Origin: Macrostomum hystrix
Lineage: Eukaryota; Animalia; Platyhelminthes
Assembly: GCA_950097015.1 (NCBI GenBank)
Contig: CATNEN010000007.1
Span: 4,898,001 to 4,962,000 of the forward strand
Direction of reading: 5' to 3'
Length of the DNA: 64,000 bases
Below are positions 25,952 to 39,700 of this stretch, in pieces (the first letter of the stretch is position 1; each line of letters starts with the position of its first letter). Made by a program: the position numbers and the translations under genes. The notes below the pieces were generated by a model. It was not told where the DNA came from, searched no databases, and saw only the letters and a program-made list of their open reading frames with translations.

Positions 25952-27674
25952 TCAGTGGGTCATCCTTAGATCATCGAGATGTTGATGGGCCATCGAGGAT
26001 ATCTGTGAAAGTATATCTACCGCAGTAAAATCCCTCTTGCCAAGAAGACTGCTGTGCAATTCAACAAGTGGCATTTAGAAAGCAATTTTCTTTTCTAATA
26101 GATCTTTATAGGTTATGATTTGCCTCTGCCAATTTGCAGATTAGGTCTCGTGTGGCTTAGCTTTTCTCCTAATCTCTACCACCAATTAAATGCAGTCCAT
26201 GACAGTACATTCCCAAATTAACGAGAAATTAGCCTATAAGCTGCCGAGACTTATCGCACTTGGAGGATTACGAAAATGTCAGCGCCTCTCAGTCAAGGTT
26301 GGAACTTGGAAGCAGGGGGTTTGCAACATCGGCGTTGCCATCCGCCACTTCAAGCCGAGTATTTTAATGCAATCTTATAACATTTCCGAATCGGTGCCCT
26401 CATGCAACTGTGATTACAGAATACACTTTTCCGGACTTTAATTACCATGGTTTAAAATGTTGCGATCTGTCAGTCCCCAATATTCTATTGGCGTTCCGAA
26501 TGTCACATCACTCCCCAGTAAGCCGGGTCCAATGTCAATCATTCAAAAGCGCATATGTTTCGTCCCATATTTGCCCACTTTCAATTATCCTTGGCAACAA
26601 TAACCGCTGTACGACTCCATCTCAATAAACATGGAAATCAATGTCCCTTCTAAAAACTAGTTTTACTTGATTGCATATAGTGCTCTGCCTCAATCCATAG
26701 ATTAGTCTATGGCAAACACTGACAACATGCTTTAGTTGCTAGGCATAGCTAACAACAATCCACTCAAACTCGGATACGGATGCCGATGGAGGTGAGGGGA
26801 AGCTTGCAATGATCGACTCAATATTTGTTAATCGGTGAAAAAAACAATTAAAAGCAAACTTTGCGCGAACCAAAATCACCGACTGCTGGTGGGTCAAGCC
26901 GTGCAGACGAGACCTATTGGCAAACACCGATGGATGATCACGTGGCCGCCAACCAACAAGTTCTCTGCTATTATTGGTACAGTTATTGGGAAGCAGATCA
27001 CTGTCTTGATGTTAGAACTTGAGTTCAGAAAATGGAATAATAAAAAAACTAATGCAGCCCACCAACTGGGAAAATTGGAGCAAATTGACGACTCTCAACA
27101 GGAGCGTGAAGACAAAAAAGCAAACATGGCGCGTAGGAAGATGCTTTTGTCTATGGAGACCACGCGAGCAATCGGGGGGCGCCTGTCAACCAAGCCGACC
27201 CGACCCGCAAAGCACAAGCGGAGTTTGCATAGTCTATGGCCCAAGCGCCAACTGACACCGCGACAAAGATAATTGATAGTCTCGCCAGCAGGGGCGTTTG
27301 TTTTAACTGTTTAGATTGTGAGTAAAGCAGGCTATAACAATGAATCCTTCTCTGCTATTCTCAAGCTCATAAATTTATTTTAAAAGCTAAGATGACACTT
27401 CTCTGCTTTCACAGCTCGGGTCCGCCTTGTAGCCTGGGGGGGCTCAGCGCTAAACTATTAGTGGCCTAACATCTGGCAGAAAAATTTCTATAAATTTCAA
27501 GTGTATTGGATTTGAAATATACTTGACCTGAATGTTGTTGCTGGTTCAATAACATTCAAGGCACTACATGCCATGAGTAGTAGATTGTCATGCCAATTGT
27601 CCACATTTGAATTTTTAATCAACTATGAGCACCAGGAAACCAGAGCCAAGTAAGTGAGCAGGGTGTAGTGGATG

Positions 27675-28360
27675 GAGTGGAGAACAGAGTAGACAGGGAG
27701 AGTGGAGAACAGGGTAGACAGGGAGAGTGGAGAACAGAGTAGACAGGGAGAGTGGAGAACAGGGTAGACAGGGAGAGTGGAGAACAGGGTAGACAGGGAG
27801 AGTGGAGAACAGAGTAGACAGGGAGAGTGGAGAACAGGGTAGACAGGGAGAGTGGAGAACAGAGTAGACAGGGAGAGTGGAGAACAGGGTAGACAGGGAG
27901 AGTGGAGAACAGGGTAGACAGGGAGAGTGGAGAACAGGGTAGACAGGGAGAGTGGAGAACAGAGTAGACAGGGAGAGTGGAGAACAGGGTAGACAGGGAG
28001 AGTGGAGAACAGAGTAGACAGGGAGAGTGGAGAACAGGGTAGACAGGGAGAGTGGAAAACAGGGTAGACAGGGAGAGTGGAGAACAGGGTAGACAGGGAG
28101 AGTGGAGAACAGGGTAGACAGGGAGAGTGGAGAACAGGGTAGACAGGGAGAGTGGAGAACAGGGTAGACAGGGAGAGTGGAGAACAGGGTAGACAGGAAG
28201 AGTGGAGAATAGAGTAGACAGGGAGAGTTGAGAATAGAGTAGACAGGGAGAGTGGAGAACAGGGTAGACAGGGAAAGTGGAGAACAGGGTAGACAGGGAG
28301 AGTGGAGAACAGGGTAGACAGGGAGAGTGGAGAACAGGGTAGACAGGGAGAGTGGAAAAC
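27675..28360. repeat. 25-bp purine-rich minisatellite (GAGTGGAGAACAGGGTAGACAGGGA)
   Basis: 25-bp periodicity. Confidence 0.94.
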
Positions 28361-28969
28361 GGTAGAGTGGGCGACAGAAAATTGGTCCGTGAAGTGATAA
28401 TTGGAGATGTATTCGATAGGTGAGGAAGAGGGAAAGAATGAGAACAGGGATGAACTACCGTGCAACCAGCCGCTCCAAGCGTCCCTATGGTTCGCTGATC
28501 AACGCCCCTCCTGCGCAGACAATTTTACAATCAAGAGTCAGCGGACATCTGCTAAACTGAGTCAGAAAGCTTTCGTGACTCTCAGCGGGTCACATCTGAT
28601 CACCTGCTGCTCAGAAATGCCTGCCATGCCTCAAAATCAGTTTTTTTTCACCGGTGCAGTCAGCTCCGTATCAGGTTTTTTATCCTTCACAAACTAAGCG
28701 GAAAATTTAGCGGTATTTTTTTAAAAGATTTGCTGAACTGGTTTTATTTCCGCGCCAAAATTAAGTGTCGCGTGTGAGAGCTAAAAAAGCAGCGAAAGAA
28801 TGAGTTGCGTCTGCTAATGACTTAAGAGGTCTAACAGGGTTCCACTGCTGCGTGTGGGTGGAATGGAGGGCCAAAGTTACTCTGCGGAATTTGAAATATG
28901 TGACTGGTTCGGACAAGTCAGACTAAGCATTGAATATTAAACAATTTTGTGGGATATGTAGTTTCACTT

Positions 28970-29289
28970 TACCTCTTTTCCTCTCACTCTACCTCTCTTC
29001 TTCTCACTCTACCTCTCTTCTTCTAACTCTACCCCTCTTCCTCTCACTCTACCTCTCTTCTTCTCACTCTACCTCTCTTCTTCTCACTCTACCTCTCTTC
29101 CTCTCACTCTACCTCTCTTCCTCTCACTCTACCTCTCTTCCTCTCACTCTACCTCTCTTCCTCTCACTCTACCTCTCTTCCTCTCACTCTACCTCTCTTC
29201 CTCTCACTCTACCTCTCTTCTTCTCACTCTACCTCTCTTCCTCTCACTCTACCTCTCTTCTTCTCACTCTACCTCTCTTCCTCTCACTC
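28970..29289. repeat. 20-bp pyrimidine-rich minisatellite (CTCTCACTCTACCTCTCTTC)
   Basis: 20-bp periodicity. Confidence 0.94.
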
Positions 29290-30224
29290 CGAAGTGTTGC
29301 CGCAAAATGGCAGAGTTGGACAAAGTCCAGGAGAATTATAGGAAAGCTACAGAATGATGATGTAGTGAGGCTGGAGTCAGAATGCCCGGAAAATGTTTTA
29401 GAAAAAATAAACAATGGCTTCGGTGCCGAGCGCTTGAGCGAAGAACGGAATGTCTGCCATTCGAATTATTCGAAAACAGAGGCGAGCGACTCAGCAGGCG
29501 GGTTGGGGTGGGCGGGAACTCAGGCAGAAAAATGAAGCCTGCAGTCAGAGGCCGAGCTCCAGGGAGCCACCGCGAGGGAAAGCGGGCGTTGGCCCGCGGC
29601 CTTCTGGAGAGCGGCGCCCGAAGCAGCCTCCCGCACCCGCTGTTGTCAATCCGAGACGAACACGCGAGCCCACAATTGTGAGCTCCTTCCGCTCAGCTTC
29701 CGCTTCAGAGTCGGCCGTCAATGATATCGAGTTGCGCAATTCCTCCCCGCCGGCACGGGACGTCACACCATTTTCGCAGGTGTTCACAGGTGAGCCGTTG
29801 CTTGCGGTTGATGAATACAACATCCACTTGAGTTAGTTAGTTAGTTTGCCTTGATTTATATAAAAATCTAAACCCAACACCTAAAAATTGCGTAGCGTAA
29901 ATAAGTTAAAAATGGTGGCGCTTTAGTAAGTAAAAGTAAATCAATTAGCTTGTTTTCTCTCACTCTCAGCAGGCAAAACTAACATGACAGGGGATATGGA
30001 AGATGTTTACATCAGCGAAAGGGTACTGAGTTGGAATACGAAATATGGTCACAACAGTTTTGTGGTGCAGTGAATCGAGACTTCGTTTGGAACTTTATTG
30101 CAGCAAAATTTTGCGACGGTATTCAACGCCTAAGCGAGAGAGACTAAGATAAAGACTGAGCGAGATGGTACACAGTCTAACTGCCAGACAGAAAGTTACG
30201 GCAGATTGTACCGACTAGATACTG

Positions 30225-30748
30225 AGGGAGAGGGAGAGACAGCCAGAGAGAGATAGAGAGACAGAAATGAGATAGAGATAAGAGACAGACAGAAAGAGAG
30301 ATAGATAGAGAGAGATAAGAGAGATAGAGAGAGATAAGAGAGATAGACAGAGACAGAAAGTGAGATAGAGAGAGACACATAGAGAGAAGAGAGAGACAGA
30401 GACAGAGAGAGACAGACAGAGAGACAGAGACAGAAACAGAGAGAGAGACAGAGAGAGACAGAGACAGAGAGAGACAGAGAGAGACAGAGAGACAGAGAGA
30501 GACAGAGACAGAGAGAGACAGAGACAGAGAGAGACAGAGAGAGAGACAGCGAGAGACAGAGAGAGAGACAGAGACAGAGAGAGAGACAGAGACAGAGAGA
30601 GACAGAGAGAGAGACAGATACAGAGAGACAGAGAGACAGAGAAAGACAGAGAGACAGAGAGACAGAGAGAGAGAGACAGAGAGACAGAGAGACAGTGAGA
30701 CAGAGAGACAGAGAGACAGGGACAGCGAGAGAGGCAGAGACAGAGAGC
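30225..30748. repeat. Degenerate (AG)n/(GAGACA)n simple repeat
   Basis: Direct inspection. Confidence 0.9.
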
Positions 30749-30756
30749 AGTTATTG

Positions 30757-33700
30757 TCAGGCAAAGTCGCGCCCCTCAATCTCGAGCAGCAACCGGCTGA
30801 TCCGAGACTCCAGCCGGTCCAGCAGTCCTTCCATGGCCGACAGACGGGCTGCCGCAGCCAAGTCGCCGCCTATCGCCTCGATATTTGTGGCCGGTTTTCT
30901 GTCTGTCGGCGGCGCCTGAGGCTCCGAGCCGGCCCTCTGATGTCGACAGGCTGGCCGGCGCAGCGGGAAGCTGATGTCGAGTTCGGCGACGAACTGCTCG
31001 GCGAACTCCGGATAGGCGTCGAAGACTTCGCGCAGATCGCCGCAGGAAACCCGGTGCAGCTCGCAGTGAGCCAGCGAGCGGACTGTGAAGCCGGAGCGGC
31101 CCATTGGCGGGCAGGCCGCGGCGGGGCAGGCGGGGAGTCCACCGGGCACCTCGCCGAAGACGTCGCCAGTTGCCAAGACAGCCAGAAGTGATTCGCCCTC
31201 CGACAGGACCTCGAGACTGCCGCTGGAAATTCGGGCGTGAGAAATAAATCTCATGGCTGCTCAAGTGGCGAAACCAAAATGCGTGGGAGACTACTTCAAA
31301 TATTTAGCTAGTAGTATTACAAGAAAGCTGGCAAATATAACCTTTAAATAAAAAGTCCATTAATTTGGAATTTGTCACAATTATACACACTCGTATGTTG
31401 CGTAGACGAAACATTTATAAAGATTTAAAAATCATTTTAAAGTACACTATTTCATTGAAATCCTTGCCTGGCAACAAAGTAGACGCTAGACAGGAGGTCA
31501 CCCCGGTGCAATATGACATCACCGGGCGGTGCGTTGCTGGTTCGAATCCGGAGCGCCAGAGCGCGCAGGCAGCCGGGCCCGGCAGCTGCGAAGGCGCGGC
31601 AGCTGGCAAGGAGGCGGCTGTTCAAGTGCAGGCAGATATCCGCCTGAAGCGAGGGTCCCAACATCGGGTGGGGCGATTCCATGCGGGCAATGGCACATCA
31701 TTTGGCGACACTAGACCCGCAGCCAGCGAGGAGGCAGTTCTGCCAATTCCACTAACTCGTGAACACACACACGCAGATAGTGTACGCAGGTAGTGTACTT
31801 TCTCATCGTCAGGCAGTGTGCACTCTCACTGTGCCTTGGAGGTTGGCCCTCAAGGGCGTAAATTGCACGACAAGCCCCCAAGCCTTCTCTCCGCGGCTGC
31901 GCCCCAATTTAATGCGGCCTCGCCGCGGAATCGAGCCCAGAAACAGTCCGAATTTCTCCACCCAATTTCACGTAAGCCTTCTAAAGTTTCCGAAAAGCTA
32001 TTATTCGCAAGCGATGACTGACCTGCAGGCATTCTGGAAAGCCGCGCAGCACCAGGTCCATGTCGATGCCGTTGGTGCGCGCCCAGTTGTGCTGAAAGAA
32101 CTCCTCCAGCCTGTCGCGCAGCGGCACCGGGATCTGGTGAAATCTGGCGAACTCTCGCACCCGCATCAGTTGAGCATGGTAGCGCGCGCTGCCGCTGTAC
32201 AGCCGTTGAATGATGGCCGCCACGTTGCCGAAGATGCTGGCGTACATCAGGCTGCCGGCTACCATAACGAAGATGCTGAACACCTTCTCGGAGTTGGTGT
32301 TTGGCGACACGTTGCCGAATCCGACCGAGGTTAGACTCGAGAAGGTGAAGTACAGCGCGGTGATGTACTTTGACCTGAGACTGGGGCCGGAGCTGGAGTT
32401 GCCGTGTATGTAGGGCTCATGCAGCTAAGGAGAAAATAGTACATAAGGAACTTTATTTACTGTTGCGTATAATCGCATTATCGGCCCGGTACTACAAAAG
32501 CTATATTCTAACACATGAGCTTTCCGAATGTCATGGCTTCCCATAATACGAGCATTACAAAAAATTCAAAGAAATATTTCAAGTGGCTATCGTCACCTGG
32601 TGGCTATCGTCAACCGTAGCCGGCGAGGAGGCAACTCTGCCCATTTCGTTAACCAAGAGCACACAGTCACTCAGATACCGCAAGCAGGCACACACTAACA
32701 CGCGTGTACTATGAATTAGTTATCATGGGCTTAAATTGCACATGCACCCAAGCCGTCTCTCCGCTCTGTGCTTGGAGTCGGTGTTATACCAGCTCGTATG
32801 AACGAGTGTACTTCGGTGCGAACTGACAACGCATCGTCATGTACCCCACCTGAGCGGCCAGAGCGTCGAGCCAGCCAACCAGCTGGTCAGGCTGCTCCAG
32901 CCGGCCGATGGCGTACCAGATACAGGCCAGCCAGTGCGCCACCAGCACGAAGAAGGCCATCAACAGGACCAGCACCGCGGCGCCGTACTCAGAGTAGCGG
33001 TCCAGCTTTCTGGCGACGCGCACCAGCCGGAGCAGGCGTGCGGTTTTAAACAGGCCAATCAGAGTTGTGGACTGCGTGGTGGGTCAGCAAATGATAATAA
33101 CTATTTGTTATATCAAATTTCCAAAGATTTATAGCAAAGGTTTTCGGAACTACGAGTAATTAACTTCGGTTATAAGTTCGCAAAAGCTGTTGCGCAATAC
33201 CTCATCAGAACCGGTCTCGTAACTGAGCAGCATGATGTCGAACGGTAGAGCTGCTGCCAGATCTATCACAAACCAGCCCTTGAGGTAATGCAGGGCTATT
33301 TTTCTGGGCTGGCAGACCACTTCGTCATTTGAGTTCACGTAGGTCGTGCGAAAATTGATGAAAATATCGATAATGAACATGACGTCAACAACGGCGTCAA
33401 CTATGCTCATTGGGTCTCGGTAGTCAATTGAGTTCTGAAATTTATTTTAAACAGCCATCACTTAGGAATTGTACAGTGTGGAATTTCATAAATGGGAAGT
33501 CGGTGAATCATTGAAAATTATAATGGGAAACTCAATGAACTTTGAGAACCTGGCTCGCACCCCAGCTCGTCGAACTCTTCGCTCATCGGCAAGCAAGAAG
33601 GTCGCAAAGTAGGGCGTGTACACAGCGGTGTACATTACCAACAGCAGCACAAACCAGTCCCAGGCGGCTTTGAACGGTGAATAGTGAAGAATGATGGATT

Positions 33701-36700
33701 CGCATTGAGCTCGATGCTGAGTCGACTGCCTGTGGCCGTGCTGACGATGATGCGGTCCGGCAAGCCCAGACCCGGAGCCCAGTGAGAGCACGTGCGCCAC
33801 AGTCTCCGTTACGTTGCGTCTTGACCTGCCGTGGCCAACGCTGGTTGAGATTACAATGCTCTCCGCTGGCCAAGGGCGCGCTGCCGATGTGGCGCTCTCT
33901 TCGTTTAGAAGGCGGTACTTTTTATTCGAATTTATTTGCTCACTCGTTCGTTCAGTTAAAAATCAAACGCGTCTGACGCTGCTCAACACTGACAATGGAA
34001 CCCACAAGCCATATAGCACTGGCACAACAGCGCACGGGGTTGAGAGCAGGCACATGAACACGAAAGACTAAACAACGAACTGGCAAAACAATACACTGAT
34101 CCAACAACACTGGCACTAAAACGTACTGATGCATTAGCATTAATACAACTATGCACAGGCAGAACACGCACTGACACAGGAACACGAAACAGACGAACAG
34201 ACGTGCCATCGATCACGGAGACAATGGATACAAAAGCAATGGCACTATCGCTTACCAATCGTTAAAGATTTCCCCCCAGTTCCGGCGCCCGTCTCCTCTC
34301 CTCCAACAGGACCTGCCATTGCCGCTGCGGTGCCAGCAGTTTGGGTCCGTACGGAGGCCTCGGCCCCTACTGGCGCGATGAAGCTTCGCAGTCGCTGCAA
34401 CAGCGGATTCTCGCCTACAGGTCACCCCGGTGCAGTTGTAAATATAAATAGTTTTTCAAGGCACGCAGAGTTATTTCAATTGTGGCCTGTCTTAATTGCT
34501 TACTGTTAGTAGTGCCTAATGAGAATTGGAATACTGAGAATTATTGTCAAACCACTAGAACGAGCGTGGCTTCACATTTTGTACTTTCAGCCTTTGAAAA
34601 GAATTCGAGTTCACATAGTTGAATATTGACAGACACTTTAAACTCATCAGTCATCAAAAGCCACTGACAGTTTTACTGCACAAAGCAGTCTGACAATTAA
34701 CTACCAAAACGGGGCGATTATGCTGTCTCGTCGAAGTACGAGCAAAAGTTGTGTAGCTTTCAGAAGCAAAATTTATTGCATTTATCCGCTGACTTCAATT
34801 TGTCTGACTTCATCCACTAATTCTCAATGGTTTAATGGATATATGCGTTCATTGAGTGCATCTGAAAGTTAATAAATAAATAAAATATAGGGTTCAAAAA
34901 CTTTGATACACCAACGTTGCCTATTCTGTACAAGTTTATTTACTATCATAAATACCCTCCCTCCCAGTGTGCTCAACAACACTAAACTCCATCACAAACG
35001 CTGTACACAAAACCCTATAACTTCATCAGAGTGTACACGAAATTGTTAGACCGATCTAATTCCAATATAAACAACAACACTAAAGCCTCTATTGCCAGTG
35101 TACTAAACATCCTTAAGCCCCTCCAATCCCAGTGCACGCATCATCCCTAGACCCCTACATCCCAGTGCACGCATAATCCCTAGACCCCTACATCCCAGTG
35201 CACGCATCATCCCTAGACCCCTACATCCCAGTGCACGCATAATCCTTAGACCCCTACATCCCAGTGCACGCATCATCCCTAGACCCCTACATCCCAGTGC
35301 ACGCATCATCCCTAGACCCCTACATCCCAGTGCACACATCATCCCTAGACCCCTACATCCCAGTGCACGCATCATCCCTAGACCCCTACATCCCAGTGCA
35401 CACATCATCCCTAGACCCCTACATCCCAGTGCACACATCATCCCTAGACCCCTACATCCCAGTGCACACATCATCCCTAGACCCCTACATCCCAGTGCAC
35501 ACATCATCCCTAGACCCCTACATCCCAGTGCACACATCATCCCTAGATCCCTACATCCCAGTGCACGCATCATCCCTAGACCCCTACATCCCAGCGCACA
35601 AAACAGTTTCTAAGCTTCACTCACGCAGCTGCGAAATAACCGACTCTCTTCTAATATAGCACTCGTCGCCTCTCTCCTGCGTGTGCTGATGAAAGCTGAC
35701 GATGAAGAAGGCAACCTCGCCGAACTCGTCTTGAATCGGTGTCACTATACAGTCGGATTCGAACTCGATGCCTGCATCGAAAATCTTATCATTTGCATGG
35801 AAACATTAAAGTAAATGTAAAAAATCGAAGTACGAGCTCATGAGTTTGTTGGAATTTAAACCACTGTGATTATACTGCGCATGCAAATTTCAGTTTGCAG
35901 ATTTCATACTTCGGAACTATCGAACAATGGTGTGTGCATCAAGAGAGCTCATGCGGATATGGCTTGTCAAGCAACTTAAATATTGCGTCATCAACAGATC
36001 GACAATTAAAATTAGAATAAGTTTCAACTAAAAAGAAAGAAAAGTAACATTTTACGCCTCACCGTCTTTACGACACAGTACAAGGTGCTGTTGTAAATGA
36101 ATAGTAGCGAGTCAGCCAAGTTAGTATCCGAAACTTTCACGCCAAGTTGGCTCTCAGTATTTGGAATATATATATTCTGCGCCAATCGATATCAGAGGTG
36201 TACATGTACGAACTATGTACGTGCATTAATCAACTGCACAACATTCACCTTCCCTTTCAAAGGATAGAGCAACGAAAATAATTATGCAAATATTGAGCAG
36301 GAAATAAAAGTGCATTACCAAGCATCGAAGGAGTAAAATGATCATTTTATGCAACAGGTACTTCAAAGAGAATTAAATCGAAACAGCTGATCGCTAATAA
36401 CAGCTGAATAACCGTCACTAATAAACGAGTCAGTGAGTCACGATTTCACCGTACCATTGCGGCGGCGCTCGCGGCCTTGAGCTCACTCGGATCGCTGTCT
36501 GGGCTGGCTGCTGCTGTCTCGCTGGGTCTGCCGCCGTCGCCGCCTCCGCGGCTGTCCCGGCTGCGCTGGGAGCCGGCGCTGGCCAGTGCGGCAGCGCTCC
36601 GGCTGGCCGCGGTACCCGGACGCAGTTGTCGACGTGCCAGCGGGAGCCATCGCTGAGGATGACGGTGGTCGCGCTCGCAATCCGGGAGATCTGCCGTGGC

Positions 36701-39700
36701 TCGGACAGGCGGCTGCTCAGCTTGCCGCGGGCGAACGGTCGCTTCACGCGCACCCAGTCGCCGACTATGAACGTGGGCGGCGGCCTCCGGGTCGTGTTGA
36801 GCTGATCGAAAACGCGCTGCTGCCTCCGCTTGATGCTGGCCGCCAGTCTGTGCCGCGCTGTTGTCCTTGGCTGCAGAGCTGTCAACGGGGTGCTGATCTT
36901 CCGGCCTGTCATGAGCTCCGCCGGTGACACTCCAGTCAGTGCATGTGGGGTGGCCCTGTACGACCACAGCAGCGTCTTCACCGCGTCCTTGAAGTCGTAG
37001 CCCTCCTCTAGGTGCGTCTTTAGGCCGTCCTTGAGAAAACGGTTGAAGCGCTCTACGGCCGCGTTGCCCTGGGGGTGGTAGTGCGGTGACTGCCGGTGCC
37101 GGATGCCGCAGCGCTGAAGAAAATCCTCGAAATCGCCGGACACGAACTGCGGACCTCCGTCTGTTTTAATGCTCTTCGGCAGGCCCCAGCGGCTAAACCA
37201 CGTTGTCAGGGCGTCGATGACATCCGCGCTTGTGACAGTCGACATGCAGGCAGCCTCCGGCCACTTTGAATGCAAATCGTACAGCACCAGGATGAAGCGA
37301 CAGGAGTTCGGTGCAGAGTGCAGCTTCCCGAAGATGTCGAGCTGGAGTTCCTCCCATGGACGCGTCGGCCACTTCGTAGGGGTCAGGACCGTCTTGGGTG
37401 GCTTAAAGTTCTTCTCGCTAAGCAGGCAGGCCTCGCAATGTCGCACAAATTCCTCGATATGCTGATCGATTTGCGGCCACCAGACTGCGTCCCGGCAATG
37501 CTGCTTCATTTTGCTCACGCCGAGGTGCCCGAAATGCGCCAGCTGCAGCGTCTTCTCCCTCAGGGATGCGGGGATTACTGCTCGGGTGCCGTTGGCCAGG
37601 CACTTGCCGTCATTCCAGAGCGCCAGTTGCGTCCGCATCCTCCAGAACGGCTGCAGCTCCGGCTTCAGCTGCTTGATGGAGTTAGGCCACCCCTGGAGCG
37701 TCATTGTGACCGCATCATTGATCACCGGGTCCTGCAGGGATGCCTCGGCCAGTTCGCTTGGACTGACAATCTCCAGCGCGCCCGACAGCAGTACGGCATT
37801 CACTTGGAGCTCGGTCGAGTCCTCTTCGCTTTGCCTTGGGCATTTTGCTCCATGAGTGCCGTGGCGCGACAAAAAATCTGGCACGATGTTCTTCTTGCCA
37901 GGAACGTGGCAGACTTGGAAGTCGTACGCGAGCAGGCGGTCGGCCCATCGATGAAGCCGCAGAGGCCGGTGGCCGCTGCCTTGAGCCGTCAGCAGCGTCG
38001 TCAGAGCCTGGTGGTCCGTGTGCAGCTCGAATCTCCGGCCGAACAGGAAATAGTGCCATCTCTCGCACGCGAAGATGCACGCGAGAGCCTCTCTCTCTGA
38101 TGCGGAGTACTTGCGCTCGGTCGCTGACAGGGTCCTTGACGCGAAAGCGACTGGTCTTCGAACCCCGGCGCTGTCGTCTTGCATCAGCACGGCCCCCAGA
38201 GCGTGCGCGGAGCTGTCGCAGGCCACGATGATCTTGTCGTCGGGACTGAAGAATCGCAAGCATGTTGGGGACACCACCATCTTCTTGAGCCTCCAAAAGG
38301 CCTTTTGGCAATCTGTTGTCCAGTTCCAGGGCTGCTCTTTGCGAAGTAGCAGCAGCAGCGGCTCGGCGATGTCGGACAGGTTGTGCAGAAAGTTGGAATA
38401 GAATTTAACCATTCCCAGAAATGAGGCCACTGCCTCGGCGTTCTGGGGCTCCGGCACCGCCTCGATGTCTTCAACGTTAGACTGCATCGGCTGAAGTCCT
38501 CTCGCGGAGACGATGTAGCCCAGGAACTGCACTGTCTCTGCAGCCCACTGGCACTTTGAGGCGTTGAGCGTGACGCCATGGGCGAGCAGCTTGTCCAGCA
38601 CTGTCGTGAGCCGCCGCAGGTGCTCCGCCTCGTTGGCAGCGTGCACCACTATGTCGTCGATGTAGTGCAGCGTCCCGGAACAGCCATGGAGAATCTTGCT
38701 GAGAACTTTCTGGAAGGCCGCCGGGGCGCTGTTTAGGCCATAGCATACGCGCTTGTACCGGTACAGCCCTTTCTCCGTAATGAAGGCCGTTAAGTCCCGC
38801 CTATCTTCTGCTAGCTCCAACTGCAGATACGAAGAATTTAAATCCAGCTTAGTGAACACGGTCGAGCCCTTGAACTCCGTTGTCAGCTCCTCGAATGTCG
38901 GCAGCGGCTGCTTATCCGGAACTATGGCCTTGTTTGGGCACCTGAGGTCATTGCAGACCCTGATTTTGCCATCAGGCTTCGGGACGATCACCAGGTTCGA
39001 AATCCACTCTGAAGCCTGGATCTCCTCGATGATGTCATCCTCCAGCAGCTGGTCAATCTCCGCCTGGACTTTGTCTTTGATGCTAAGTGGGATGCGGCGT
39101 AGCGATTGCGCCACCGGGGGCACGGCGGGGTTCAGCCTGGGCCGGTGCTCGAATCCTCGGATCCGCCCGAGTCCCTGCGTCAGTGGCTTGAAGCGCTCGG
39201 CCAGCCAGACCGGTAGCTCTGCCGTTTTTTCGACTGTGCGCACGAGGTCGCCGTCCTTGTCCACCACCTGGAAGCTGAGGTGCTGCATCAGATCCGTTCC
39301 CATGATGTCGGAGCCTTGCCGTACCACGGTAAAGCAGAAAAATGGCACCAGCTGGCCGCGATAGCTGACGGACAGCACCGCCTCGCCGACGACATCGATT
39401 GCCTTGCCGTTGTACGCGATGAGTTTCTTGGTCGACGGCTGGAGTGGCGACCGGTTTCCGAGCTTCCTGAAGGTCCTCTCTGACAGGATGGACACCTTGG
39501 CTCCCGAGTCTACAAGCAGATTCAGCCAGATGCCATGCACCTTCAGCCGGCAGCGGATGTCGGGACTAGCGGCGCCGCGCACCATGTACACGGCTTGGCC
39601 GCTCTCGTCCATGACCTCGGCGACCTTGTCGCCCTGCGACCTGCACATCCGGCCGAAATGGTTCGCCTTCCCGCAGACATGACAACTCTTGCCTTCAGCT

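Noticed and set aside
26100-27300. Possible degenerate transposon (GTCTATGG at 26705, ORF 26835-27272)
   Set aside because: No recognisable domain, TIR pair or TSD; cannot be supported as a feature.
29545-29823. Extra 3' erg exon on the minus strand
   Set aside because: Exon 10 already ends in a coiled coil and stop at 30757, and I found no suitable donor.
24284-30779. ORFs over the 10-, 22-, 25-, 20-bp and AG repeats
   Set aside because: Artefacts of tandem repeats.
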